Below the pieces are notes generated by a model. It was not told where the DNA came from. It worked only from the letters and a program-made list of their open reading frames with translations, and searched no databases. This document shows, piece by piece, positions 22,491-35,077 of a stretch of 64,000 nt of DNA. Numbering within the stretch: position 1 is the stretch's first letter; each line of letters opens with the position of its first letter. The DNA comes from Eledone cirrhosa (taxonomy: Eukaryota), in contig OZ024749.1 of assembly GCA_964016885.1 (NCBI GenBank), positions 35,774,001-35,838,000 on the forward strand, in the 5' to 3' direction. The position numbers and the translations under genes were made by a program.

Positions 22491-23244
22491 TTATATATAT
22501 TATATATATTCAAAATATAATGCACACAGGACAAAGACAATGGATAAAATAATGGAAAGACAGACAGTCCCATCTCTTCAGTACACCTCTAGAAATCACT
22601 ACAGTTTGGGATCATTAAGGTTGATACTGCTCATTCCAATGTACATTGAGACATAACAAAACAGGTAGAAACAAGTTATGTCTTTAGGAGAATTACACAA
22701 ATATAGAAGAAAAAGCATCCAAGTGCATCAAATGACAAAAAAGGGAGAGAATGGTGGGCGAGGGCATAGACAAAGGAGAAAAAATATAGAAAGGAGAGAA
22801 ATAGTAAAACAGAAGAAAATAATAAGGACTGTAGTCCAGCTTGCAGATAAATAAAAATGACACTGAGGTGTAGAAAAGGTATGAAGGGTTGATTAGAGGA
22901 AGACAGACCGCCTCTCTCTCAGAAATAAACTGTGTTTAGACACAAAGAGGGATGGGCTCCACAAAGTTTTAAATCACTAAGACACACCATGTGTCAGAAC
23001 ATAGCCCCTATGACTCCCTCAAGAGTTAAAAACCCTCTACTTTTACCAATAGTAGTAAACAACCTGTATTTATTGCTTCAGTAAGTTCTATTCATCAAAC
23101 AACAGCCTTATAATTGTGAGTCTAATAGCATAACCACTAGGTTATATGCCTTCCTCTCAGTTTAGATATATAATATACGTTTCGTCCTTCATTGTAGAGT
23201 TCTTCCTCTCCTGCATGTTCTAATCATAATGACCATAATTATAA

Positions 23245-23514
23245 AGCCATGGGTTCAATTCCTGAATCAGGTGGCATGTTGTGTCCTTGAGCAAAACATT
23301 TTATTTCACGTTGTAAAGTGGACGTGTAGGCGCCACGAAAAAGCACCCAGCACTCACTTGTAAATGAGGTTGGTGTTAGGAAGGGCATCCATCTGTAGAA
23401 ATCAAGCCAGAATCAGTTCCTGTATGAGCAAAGCATGGTCAGCCGACCAGACACTGCCCACAACAGGACAACCCGTCTAACCCATGCTAGCGTGGAAGAA
23501 CGGACGTAAAACGG

Positions 23515-23549
<35 letters not shown>
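23245..23549 (+). mobile_element. SINE family A variant (internal deletion, longer tail)
   Basis: B box GGTTCAATTCC, TGTCCTTGAGCAA, shared GTTAGGAAGGGCATCC, extra ~50 nt before CCCGTCTAACCCATGCTAGCG, (GAT)n tail. Confidence 0.75.
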
Positions 23550-24088
23550 TTCCAGTATACCCAGTATTCCTGAAAATGAGTACCAGTAATAACTGGGAGT
23601 TAACCCTGCAATGGACTAACATTCTGCTGTCCAGGGATAGGAGTTCATGCACTCAGTCAAAAAATAAAGACAGGGATAAACATCGACCTGGTAAGCCAGG
23701 TGACTTGGGACAGACTTTAATATTAACTTTTAAGCAGGTGGCCCAGGAATAAGCGTGTATTTTCTGCATCAATAATTTCTATTCACCAAAGCACTGCCTA
23801 ATGATGTGATCCAGTCTGGTGATTGTTCTCCATAAAACAACCAGCATCATCTCAAATTAATGCTCTTCATTAGACATCACATCATTCTACAGCACTCTTT
23901 GCACCAATGACTTTTTACTATAAAACTGTCATTACCACTTTATCTTCCCTGTCTACTACTGACTTGTATTGTAACACAAACATACACTTACATACATGTA
24001 CATATTCACATATACATATTCACATGTACATGTTCACATATACACATGCATACACACATGCTTATACCTACATATATATATATATTCT

Positions 24089-24136
<48 letters not shown>

Positions 24137-24145
24137 AGAATAAGA

Positions 24146-24200
24146 CCCGTCCCACCCTTGCAAGCAGGGAAAAGCGGACGTAAAATGATGATGATGATGA

Positions 24201-24203
<3 letters not shown>
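24146..24203 (+). mobile_element. SINE A 3' terminal fragment
   Basis: CCCGTCCCACCCTTGCAAGCAGGGAAAAGCGGACGTAAAATGATG. Confidence 0.85.
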
Positions 24204-24237
<34 letters not shown>

Positions 24238-24381
24238 CATACGCATACACAACACACATACACACCCATACATACACATACACAATACACACACACACAC
24301 ACATACATACACATACACAACACACACACGCATACATACATACATACATACATATATACATACATATGTAAGTATATGTAT

Positions 24382-24463
24382 ATAATTGTTTCTACTTTAG
24401 GCACAAGGCCAACAATTACCCAGTACATTACTGGTATTTTATTTTATCGACCTCGTAAGGATG
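24382..24463 (-). mobile_element. SINE B 3' fragment
   Basis: ATAATTGTTTCTACTTTAGGCACAAGGCC...TTATCGACCTCGTAAGGATGA. Confidence 0.85.
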
Positions 24464-24479
24464 ATATATAGAGCTAGCT

Positions 24480-25720
24480 GCCAAATTCAACCTGTAGTTG
24501 TATATAGTCTCTGTGCCCTTGGAGAGGAATAAGGCTGATGTTCTAACCAGGGTAAAGAAAACTTGGTTAGAAGTACCAGAGGATTCAAAGTAGTGGTGGT
24601 GGTGGGGGAGAGCAGTAGGCCAGCAGAGTGACCCGGCGCTAAGGTGATTGTATAGTATGCATTATATGGGACTGTATATGATCCTGTCCATAAGCAGGAA
24701 AGTTGACTTCAATGTGACCAGGCTGTGTTCAGAAAATGGTCGAAACCTGTGACAGGTGTCAGTCTACCAGCCTTGCTCCAGGTACCTATGAGATGGGAAC
24801 AATGCCAGTAGAAAACAACTGGAAAAGATTGGCAGTGGATTGATGCACTACCGGCAGAGATTGTATCACTCGATGGTTGACCGTGAACTGAGAGAGATGG
24901 CAATGTAAAGGGGAAAAAAAAGGCAGAAACTGCTGAATGAAATATTGCTGTGGTGAGGCCCTGTGGACAATGATACTGCATTTCACTCACAGTTGCTGTG
25001 GGGAATAAATGGAAGGTAAACTGTTTCTTCAGAGTGCAAATGGGATTGTGGAGAGACACTATCGCACAATCAAAGCCATTGCAGAGAGAGGACATATATC
25101 CCCAATTGAAACAGTGTTTTGGTACAGGACAGGCTGAACATTCAGTGCCACAAAGGTGATATTCAACTACAAATGGCAACAGTATCATATGTCAAGGACC
25201 TAAGAAAGAGAAAGGACTTACATGTGCGCAGGCCTGGGACAAAGTTTGGGTCAATACATGCTGCCCATCTCATTAGAGAAGGGAACAGTAGCAACTGTGA
25301 ATTCCCTAAACAATGTTTCCATAGATGGAATGTCCCATGTCCTAGACGTCCACTTGGTTGTCAGTTTGTTGAATGATAATAGCAAAGGAAAAGATGCAAA
25401 CAGTACTCTGCCCCTTGAAGGTTACAGAAGGAGTGATGATGCCCATGTGGATGGTAAATTTCAACATGGAGTGAGAGTGCATGATATGATCTTGAGATCA
25501 GGTGGGTATGTGGGGTTACGGGGGCCATGTTGAATTTATGTGGAGCAGTGATGTCACATGAGCAGAAGAGGATTAGTGACATGGCCTGCTTCTTTGGTAC
25601 CATGGACTTCTTTCTCTTCATTTGGCAAAGAGCGTAGACATATCCATAGGTGAGCACTAGGTAGACCAAAGAATTTCTGATCAGAGTCAGGTTAGGTAGA
25701 GTTTCATCGATTTATGCCAC
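24480..25720 (-). pseudogene. Possible heavily decayed retroelement (Gypsy-integrase-like) remnant
   Basis: Microsatellite-free, higher-GC block. Minus-strand peptides IYHPHGH (cf. YHPQxNG) and QLSCLWTGSYTV (cf. KL..W.GPY.V). Weak similarity only. Confidence 0.25.
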
Positions 25721-26527
25721 TAGATCAAGGCAGGACTGGCATTGGAAACGAATTTACATTCTTCATTTCACATAAATCCAACCCACAACCTTAACCCCTA
25801 GGTCACATATCTTCAAACTGTTCCCTGGTATGAATATTAAATGAAATCCAACCAATAACTGAGACATTTTCCAAAGACAGGTCATGGCTGAAACCTTAGA
25901 TGTTTGATTTTCTCTTTACATTAGAGAAACAATATTGAATTTTATAAACTTTACTGATTTATTTTTGTCAACATAGAACAACTCAACATTTCTTTGTAAA
26001 GCCAGCCTTTCTACATTTTAGAATATAATATCTCAGTAATACATGTGAGACCAAGACATATTTAGTATGAATGATACTTAGATATGAATAATTAAATAAA
26101 AACCTTGTAGATAGGAAATATATATTTCATATTTTCTCTCACCTACATGGTTTCTCTATTATGTATATGACTTATATGACAGCGAATACTGTTCCTGATA
26201 ACAGACCAAAACATAGATCAGGCTTCATAGGCTTGCTTAGATACAATATTTTCCCTTCACATCAAACAAAAGTGTTGCTTTATTCATAAAGTGTATGGCA
26301 GAAACATTCTTAATTAGTTTTTCAGTAATCACGTTAAGTTATAACTTTAAACCTGTACAGCCTGTAGGCTCTCGATAAGCGTCAATGAAGTTTCAGTTCA
26401 CGTTGATGATATTTCAATTCAATTCATTTGACACTTTCATTACTAGGTGGCAAGAAACTCTCAGGAAAGCTGAACAGTAGAAAGTCTTCAGAGAAAAGCC
26501 CCACCTTTCAAGCAAGTGTTTCAGCTC

Positions 26528-26938
26528 TTAAACCTTTAGCATTTACATTATATATACTATATATACTATTGTATTTTCGTGGTAAAGTCTTTATCTCCCA
26601 CAATATCGAATCTATGAGATTTTGATATTATCTATTCTGCCTACATCAGAAACCATTATTACTATTTTTTTTTATGAAAAAATATTAGCATAAGGTAATT
26701 GGAGTTTGGGCATTGCTGAGTTTCCTGTTAATTCCATGTTTCAGTGTTTTTACTGCAAACTACCAAGTCTTTACCTCACACAAATCTCACATAATATTGA
26801 ATCTATGAGATTTTGATATTATTTATTTTGAGAACAATACCTTAACATCAGTGTGAGTGGCCAGTTATAACCGGTTTGAACAGAAAGATGTGAGAGAATA
26901 CTGGCCAGATATGGCTGATTTAAATGCTAAAGGGTTAA
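26528..26938. mobile_element. TTAA-flanked MITE family 2
   Basis: TTAA-ACCTTTAGCATTTA...TAAATGCTAAAGGG-TTAA terminal inverted repeats. Confidence 0.75.
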
Positions 26939-27838
26939 CTAATAAAAAATCACTACATATGATTTTCAAAACAAGCCAGAATTTAACAAAGGTTCTTACA
27001 TAAAATTATAATGGATAAATAGATAATATAAATATTTTAAAAGAAACACCTTTGTATCATTGAACCAGGAGCAGTTTCAGGTGATTTGGTATTGGATAGG
27101 TTTACCATTTAATTACCATATTTCTAATAAATGACACTGCTTATTATTTTCAACTTATTTTGAAAATAATAAAAAATTTGGAGGGATTTAGTAATATACC
27201 AAACTTTCTTGTTACTAAGCTCGCATTTGGAAAATGATTTAAGAAGGGTTCTTACATAAAATAAGGGAAGGTCTTTTGATAAATACAAACAATGTGGTAT
27301 CATGGAGTTAGGGTGGTTTCAAGTGGTGCAGTATTAAAATGTTTAAATCAGGAGTACTTACAACAGAGGGGATCTGCTAAGAATATGCAAGGTCCAGTGT
27401 GGACTCTGCTAAAGGTACATAAAGACTAGGTGGTGATTCTAAATCAGTAAACACTGTTTGGCTTCCACAGAGACTCTGTCTACCAAGTTTCCCTCAGAAG
27501 TATTTAGTTGAGTAGAAAGACATTCCCCTAAAACCACACAGAGTGAACTGTAGAACCATGTAGTTGTGAAGTGAACTTCTTCAAAACACATACATTCCTC
27601 TGTTTAATGAAACATAAGATGTTTATAAAGAACACAGCTGTGTATAATTAAGTTGTAGCTAATTAACGATATTTAATTAACTGTCTCTCATGAAGAATTA
27701 AACAGACAATTACAACATTGTTGACTAAAATATTGTTGACTAAAAAATTCATATTCTTGTGTATCCGTTGAGAATTGAACTCATGAACAGAGTCTCCATT
27801 TAATTGGATTCAGCAGAGCTTCTCATGTACTATATGTG

Positions 27839-27895
<57 letters not shown>

Positions 27896-28027
27896 CACGA
27901 TAAATTAACGGAGCCATAGACTCTCGTTATTCCCTGTCAATAATGTGCCAAAAAGGAAAAGGAATCCTGAGCTCTTTAAAATACAATATGTTGAAAACAT
28001 ATTGTATATATATATATATATGTATAT

Positions 28028-28378
28028 GGAGGCACATGGCTTAGTGGTTAGAGCATTGGCTTTGCAATCGAAAGGTTGTGAGTTCAATTCTCAGACTGGG
28101 TGATGTGTTGTTTCCTTGAGCAAGACACTTTATTTCACATTGCTCCAGTTTACTCAGCTGTAGAAATGAGATGATAGGGACTGGGGTCCCTATCATTCCA
28201 CTGCAAAGTGGTCGTGGAGGTGCCACGGCAAAAAAGCACCCAGCACTCACTGTAAATGAGGTTGGTGTTAGGAAGTGCATCCAGCTGTAGAAATCAAGCC
28301 AGAATCAGTTTCCGTCCCACCCTTGCAAGCAGGGAAAAAGCGGACGTAAAATGAAATGATGAATGATGATGATGATGA
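28028..28378 (+). mobile_element. SINE family A, full length
   Basis: Same family; (GAT)n tail. Confidence 0.9.
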
Positions 28379-28388
28379 TATATGTATG

Positions 28389-28441
<53 letters not shown>

Positions 28442-28547
28442 AACAGCAACAAAAAAACAAAACAAAAATTACCAGGTAACAAACTTTTTCATTATCTCTG
28501 TCTTATTGTCTATTTTGCATTGTTTAGCCTTATATCACTTTCCACGT

Positions 28548-28595
<48 letters not shown>

Positions 28596-29630
28596 GGGTG
28601 AATCATAAGTAACCAGCATCCTAAGCATTTTTATTGTAAGATGACGTTTTGAACATCTGCTTATGGTGTTAGGAATGGCAGCCAGTCATAGAAGCCATAC
28701 CATGACCTGCCCAACCACTACCAGAATTGAAAAGCAGACATTAAACGTTGATGGTGATGTTGAGGATGATGTTACTTCAACTGTCCAAAACCCATGTCTG
28801 TGCATCTTTAACATGCTTTACTAAACTACAATTTCTTACCATTTTATTTCCACAGAAGCAAATTATTTTACATTATATACAAAATTAATTTTCTTCTTCC
28901 CAACTTATATATTTTTAAAAACTTTTTTTCATTTAACATCTTTTTATTTTCGTAATGTTTTCCAAATTTCCAAAATAGTATCTAGAATGAATACTTAATC
29001 ATTTTGTAACAACAACAATGATGGCATCAACAACAACAACAATGCTAGCATCATAAAAATTACAACAATAATGACAACATCAACTACAATAACAACAACA
29101 CCATCAACAACAATATCAACAACAACATTAACATTAAAAATCCACACAGACTCAGAAAACATTATATATAAAATATTATAAAAATTATTTCAACATATTT
29201 TAAATTATTTTTTCAGGAGATAAAAAGCATTTTAACAAGAACAACAAAAATGATAATAAATAAATGAAACATAAAAAATACATAAATGAATAAATAAATA
29301 ATACTATAAATTGAATGAATAAAAATAAAAATATAAAAGTATTTTCAATTACCAAATTATTTTGAAGATCTTTAAAATTCCAACACGCAACATTTAACTG
29401 CCCGAATAAGCTCTGTTAAAATTTTTTTATTATTTTTCAAATCAACATTTGTCAAAGTTTCTACAAAGATATTCTTAACGGGAGTTTTTTTTATTGTTTG
29501 TGTATGTATATGTGGTGGGGGTGAGGTACCTTTGAATTTGATGTATGTGTCTGAGTGTGTGTACTGTTTTGGTTTGTTAAATTTTCTTCAGCCTTTTACT
29601 ATGGAAGCTGCTACAATGCAAGGGGTTTAT

Positions 29631-30009
29631 TTAACCCTTTAGCATTTAAACCAGCCATATCCAGCCAGAATTCTCTCACCTCTTTCTGTTCAAACTGGCT
29701 GTAATTAGCCACTCATATGTAAAGAATTGTTCTCAAAATACCTTATTTCCCAGTACTGAAGACGCTTCGTCCTCGAGAACACACCCTAATTTTGACAACC
29801 AAACTTTGAAAAAAAATAATAAACAATCTTCGGCCCCCAGGACGCATGGTAGATTTTTTAGACTTATTTTAGGGAAAAGTAGCATTTTCGATGCCAGGAA
29901 ATAAGGTAAATAATATAAAAATCTTGTAGATTCGATATTATGTGAGATGAAGTGTTTACCATGAAAATACAATGGTATATATGGAGTAATGTAAAGGCTA
30001 AAGGTTTAA
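29631..30009. mobile_element. TTAA-flanked MITE family 2 interrupted by a TA-type MITE
   Basis: TTAA-CCCTTTAGCATTTA...TAAAGGCTAAAGGT-TTAA; internal sequence is the reverse complement of 26528-26938. Confidence 0.75.
29741..29906. mobile_element. Tc1/mariner-superfamily (pogo/Tc2-like) MITE, TA TSD
   Basis: TA-CCTTATTTCC...GGAAATAAGG-TA; second copy 39785-39953, partial copy 36975-37070. Confidence 0.75.
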
Positions 30010-30307
30010 GATGTTTAGAATGGTCCTTTCCAACATTTTCCAAGCTTCGCGAATAATCTTTTGATAATGGAAAGTACATACAAAATATATTGAGACTAAT
30101 AAATAATTCCAAGGTAACATTATCTCTGATTCGTGTTTTTCTTTGTCTTCACTTAACCTCGCCTCACTCTCAGTCCTTCACCCAATTGTGTTGCTTTAAT
30201 ATTTTCAACCCTACTTTCATTGTAGTGACTTCCAAGACATTAATTACTTTCATATCACACAATGCTTTAAGCAAACTACAGCATTGTCTTATGAGTGTAT
30301 GTATGTA

Positions 30308-30400
<93 letters not shown>

Positions 30401-30401
<1 letters not shown>

Positions 30402-30530
30402 ACGAAGGAGGTGTGGTAAGGAACCAGATGGACCATCACGCACCAGAGTACTCAATACTTAGGGTAGTAGAGTGGGTAATAGGAAAATGTTTAACCCCGA
30501 CGGCAGAGCTCAAGCCGTTTCGACGGCTAT
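30401..30530. mobile_element. Terminal fragment of the 8993-9535 family, in (TA)n
   Basis: GTGGTAAGGAACCA.ATGGACCAT.ACGCACCAGAGTACTCAATACTTA.GGTAGTAGAGTGG match. Confidence 0.75.
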
Positions 30531-31059
30531 ATGATGATGATGATATATATATATATATCATCATCATCATCATATAGGTGTGGATGTGTGTGTCTCTCTG
30601 TGTGTGTGTGTGTGTGTATGTGTGTACCCAAATATATATATCCATATCCCTTTCCTCTCTCTACATACCATTCTCTAGGAATAATACATTCAGAAACCAT
30701 AAAACTTTGAGTTTATTAGAAGCACTATTGTACAATGGGATCTACTTGTATAAAACAGAGGTTATTTACAGGGAGACAATAACTGGGCAAGAAAATAATT
30801 TATTGTTTGGTGGACACACCACAAACGTATGCTTGTGCATGTGTGTGTATATATATATATGAAGGCATATGCAACATGTTTATGTACAATAAACATACAC
30901 AAGTCTCACTATGAATAATTTAAGCAGTGATCATGTCTCAGCAGTCTCAGTAGCCAGTGTGAATAGAATGCCAGATAAGTGTTTCTGAATTTTTGGATGG
31001 ATGGATGTTGAAAGGATGAACAGGGGGGTGGACCTGCAGGCAGACATGCAGACATGCAG

Positions 31060-31140
31060 ACAGACAGACTGATAGACTGACACAGATAGATACACAGATA
31101 CACAAACAGATAGGTTGATAAGTAGAAAGATAGATAGGTG

Positions 31141-31201
<61 letters not shown>

Positions 31202-31996
31202 GTTGGCAGGGAGGCAGATAGATCTTAGATAAGCAGATAAATAGATAGACAGACAGGTAGATAGATAGCTAAACAGAGAGCTAGAGGGATAAGCAGATAT
31301 ACAGACATGCAGATGGGTAGATAGATATATAGTTAAGCAGATAGTCAGACAGATGGGTAGGTAAATTGATAGGTAGATAGATAGCTATACAGATAGCTAA
31401 AGAGATAAGCAGATAAACAGACAGACAGATGGGTAGATAGATAGATAGTTAAGCAGATAGTCAGACAGATGGGTATTTGCCACCAGGGCATCAAAAAGTG
31501 GGACAAGTACAATGGGGAGAGTTTACATAACAAGGCGTCCTCAATAAGGAGGAGGCAATAACAAAATATAAAAATAAAATAAAATATAACAAGATAAAAT
31601 TTATAACAAAATCCTCAATAGAGAGGAGGCGCCTTGGGGGGTCGCACACACCCCCGAAAAAAGTGTGCAACCCTTCTCCTCAGGAGCACAGAGAGGGGGT
31701 GCTCCCTTGGTCTTTCATCTTCCTCACCTATAGTCTGATGTAGAGTGAAGGCCGAACAGAGTGTTTGCACTGACCCAGAAGTGGGCCAAGTGCAAACTGT
31801 CCCTGAAAGGTCGGGCGGAGGTGGCGAACACTTATATAACGTCCGTCATCTACTTCCGCCTGACCGTTATAGGTAGATAGATATATAGTTAAGCAGATAG
31901 TCAGTCAGATGGGTAGGTAAATTGATAGGTAGATAGATAGCTATACAGATAGCTAAAGAGATAAGCATATAAACAGACAGACAGATGGGTAGATAT

Positions 31997-32040
<44 letters not shown>

Positions 32041-32075
32041 GCAGATAGTCAGACAGATGGGTACATAGATAGATA
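31060..32075. repeat. (GATA/GACA)n satellite with a ~160-bp direct duplication flanking an insert
   Basis: 31316-31475 is repeated at 31872-32063. Confidence 0.85.
31476..31870 (-). mobile_element. Hairpin-rich insert, probable 3' UTR of a non-LTR retroelement
   Basis: Several stem-loops. The minus-strand end TTGTACTTGTCCCA..GCCCTGGTGGCAAATA resembles 51776-51815 TTGTATTGTCCCA..GCCCTTGTGGCCAATAAAG. Confidence 0.45.
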
Positions 32076-32450
32076 ACTCAACTAGCTACATGTTCATCAT
32101 ATAGATGGAAAGATAATTGTTTCAGGAATGATTTCTTTATAACTGTCACAGACATTGTTCATGCATGTCTAAAGTAAAAATTAATATTTGTGACCCATAA
32201 CATGGCTAGATACATTTATGAACACTCACACACACACACACACACACACACATACATATATATCTATATAAATATATATATATATATACATACATACACA
32301 CACACACATGCATACAGACGCTCACACCCACACATGTATAGACCAACCCTTAGTAGCAGAGAAAACGGACATTAAATAATGATAATGATATATATATACA
32401 TATATATATAAATGTATATATACATGTGTATGTATATGCATGTGTGTGTG

Positions 32451-32521
<71 letters not shown>

Positions 32522-33395
32522 ATATTCTCAAAAGTTAAAATCTGTTTTCTATTAATGATAAAACTACAAGGTTTACATGGAGAGCCAGTAAACTGACAGA
32601 TAGACATCAACTGTCAGCCTGTGTATTCTTATATAATATAATCAATAGACACTGTGCTATGATCTATAATCTCCATTTCCTACAATACATCATACATATT
32701 TCTTTCTCTTCTCTATATATCTCAACCTCATCTGACTCTCATTCACTCAACATCTAAACATATTAACCCTTTTTAATACCAGATTATCTGAAACTGCCCC
32801 TGGTTGGTTCTGTGATACTAAACCGTTTGTTTAAAGGTGTCTTTCATTAGAAGTAAGGTAATGGAAAACATAAAATTGACAGTCATTAGAATGTCGGATA
32901 GAATGCTTTATGGCATTCGTTCTGGCTCTCTACTCTCTGAGTTCAAATTCCGACGAGGTCAACTCTTCATCCTTTCGAGGTCGATAAAAGAAAATACCAG
33001 TCTAGTACTGGGGTTGATTCTTCCTCTCTCTGGAAGAAATCGGCTGTACTGAGGCCTGGAGAGGGATGGGCTCTGCCAGGCTTAAAATGCCCAAGAAACA
33101 CTGTATGTCAATATGGCACCCCTACAACTCTATCAGGAGATACAGGACAATACATATTCTAAATACCAACTTATTACTAAAGTCTCCAAAAATATTGAAT
33201 ATTTTCAAAATTGTTTTAAAATGAAAGAGTTATATATGTATATGATGGACTTCTGATGTTTCTGCCTACCAAATTTTACTTACAAGGCTACAGTAGCAGA
33301 CACTTTTCCAAGGTGGGTCTGTACCTGAAACAACATGACTACAAAGTGAACTCCTTAACCACTCAGCCACGACTGCACCATGCATGAATATATAT

Positions 33396-33740
33396 GGAGG
33401 CACATGGCTTAGTGGTTAGAGCATTGGCCTTGCAATCGAAAGGTTGTGAGTTCAATTCTCAGACCAGGTGATATGTTGTTTCCTTGAGCAAGACACTTTA
33501 TTTCACATTGCTCCAGTTTACTCAGCTGTAGAAATGAGATGGTAGGGACTGGGGTCCCTATCATTCCACTGCAAAGTAGTCGTGGAGGTGCCACGGCAAA
33601 AAAGCACCCAGCACTCACTGTAAATGAGGTTGGTGTTAGGAAGGGCATCCAGCTGTAGAAATCAAGCCAGAACCAGTTCCCGTCCCACCCTTGCAAGTGG
33701 GAAAAAGCGGACATAAAATGATGATGATGATGATGATGAT
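33396..33740 (+). mobile_element. SINE family A, full length
   Basis: Same family. Confidence 0.9.
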
Positions 33741-33747
33741 GTATGCA

Positions 33748-33791
<44 letters not shown>

Positions 33792-34109
33792 TGTGTGTGT
33801 GTTTCTGTGTGAATGTGTGCGTGTGCAAGAGAGAGTGTGTGTTTGTGCATGCATGCATATGTGTATGTATTGAAAATACTTACTTAACCTAGACCATGAT
33901 TATAATGCATTAGGTCTAATTTATATATTTGACCTAATTCATAATATATTCCAGCTAATTTAAAATATGAATCAATAAATTTAATCTTTTTTTTACCAAT
34001 CAATTAATTGTATTGGTTTTAATGTAATCAACTTCATCTGAGCCAAATATCAGAAACTATAACTGATGAGAGAACAATATTATTGTTGTCTTGCTTGTTA
34101 TAAGTGTGA

Positions 34110-34350
34110 AAGTGTGTGGCTTAGTGGTTAGGGTGTTTGGCTCATGATTGTAAGAGCCTGAGTTGAATTTCCAGTGGTGTGTTGTGTTCTTGAACAAAAC
34201 ATTTCCTTCCATATTACTCCACTTCTTTTAGCTGCTAAAATGAGTTATACCCGTGATTCCAAGTGACAGCCTTCTCTCACCCAATCTCCTTGCATGTCCC
34301 AGAGAACTATGAGAAGGATGTATGTATCTGGGGAACGCTCAACCACTGGC
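34110..34350 (+). mobile_element. Old tRNA-derived SINE related to the family A head
   Basis: TGGCTTAGTGGTTAGGGTG A box, decayed B box, TGTGTTCTTGAACAAAACA. Confidence 0.6.
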
Positions 34351-34361
34351 ATTATAATACA

Positions 34362-34551
34362 AGGGCGGTGGATTGGCAGTATCGGTAGAGGGTCGGACGC
34401 CATGCTTTCCAGCATAGTTACGTCCCTTTACGATCTGAGTTCAAATCCCGCCGAGGTTGACTTTGCCTTTCATCCTTACGGGGTCGATAAAATAAAGTAC
34501 CAGTAATGAACTGGGTAATTGCTGGCCTTGTGCCTAAAGTAGAAACAATTA
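34362..34551 (+). mobile_element. SINE family B, full length, 13-bp TSD
   Basis: ATTATAATACAAG on both sides. Confidence 0.9.
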
Positions 34552-34668
34552 TAATACAAGATGGAAGTGTCTGAGCATTCCACAGATCTGTCTTCCTTTA
34601 ATTTAGTTGTTAGGGAGATTCAGCATGACACAATGATATGGCAGTCCATCTTGTGTTATAATGTCAGT

Positions 34669-34856
34669 AGTGGATTGGCAGTATTGGTAGAGGGTCAGAC
34701 GCCATGCTTTGACGTATGGAGTTACGGCCCTTGCCATTCTGAGTTCAAATCCCGCCAAGGTTAACTTTTCCTTTCATCCTTACGAGGTCGATAAAATAAA
34801 GTACCCGTAATGCACTGGGTAATTGCTGGCCTTGTGCCTAACGTAGAAACAATTAT
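34669..34856 (+). mobile_element. SINE family B
   Basis: Same family; subfamily variant also seen at 57580-57770. Confidence 0.9.
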
Positions 34857-34879
34857 AATACAAGATGCACGGTATCTGT

Positions 34880-35077
34880 ATGAGGGTTGACTGAAAAGTT
34901 CATAAGCTGACCAAGATACCCTCATGGAATGACCAAATGAGGTTTATTTTTCAACATAGTCCTTGGAAAGAAACAAGGCTGCTATTGATGAAAAGAGTTG
35001 AAATGAATGCATGCAAAATTTCGCAGCTCTAGCATCACTCCTTCATAGTCAGCCTATGAACTTTTCAGCTGTCCCTT
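34880..35077. mobile_element. Mariner-derived MITE
   Basis: TIRs GAGGGTTGACTGAAAAGTTCATAAGCTGAC / GTCAGCCTATGAACTTTTCAGCTGTCCCTT. Confidence 0.7.
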
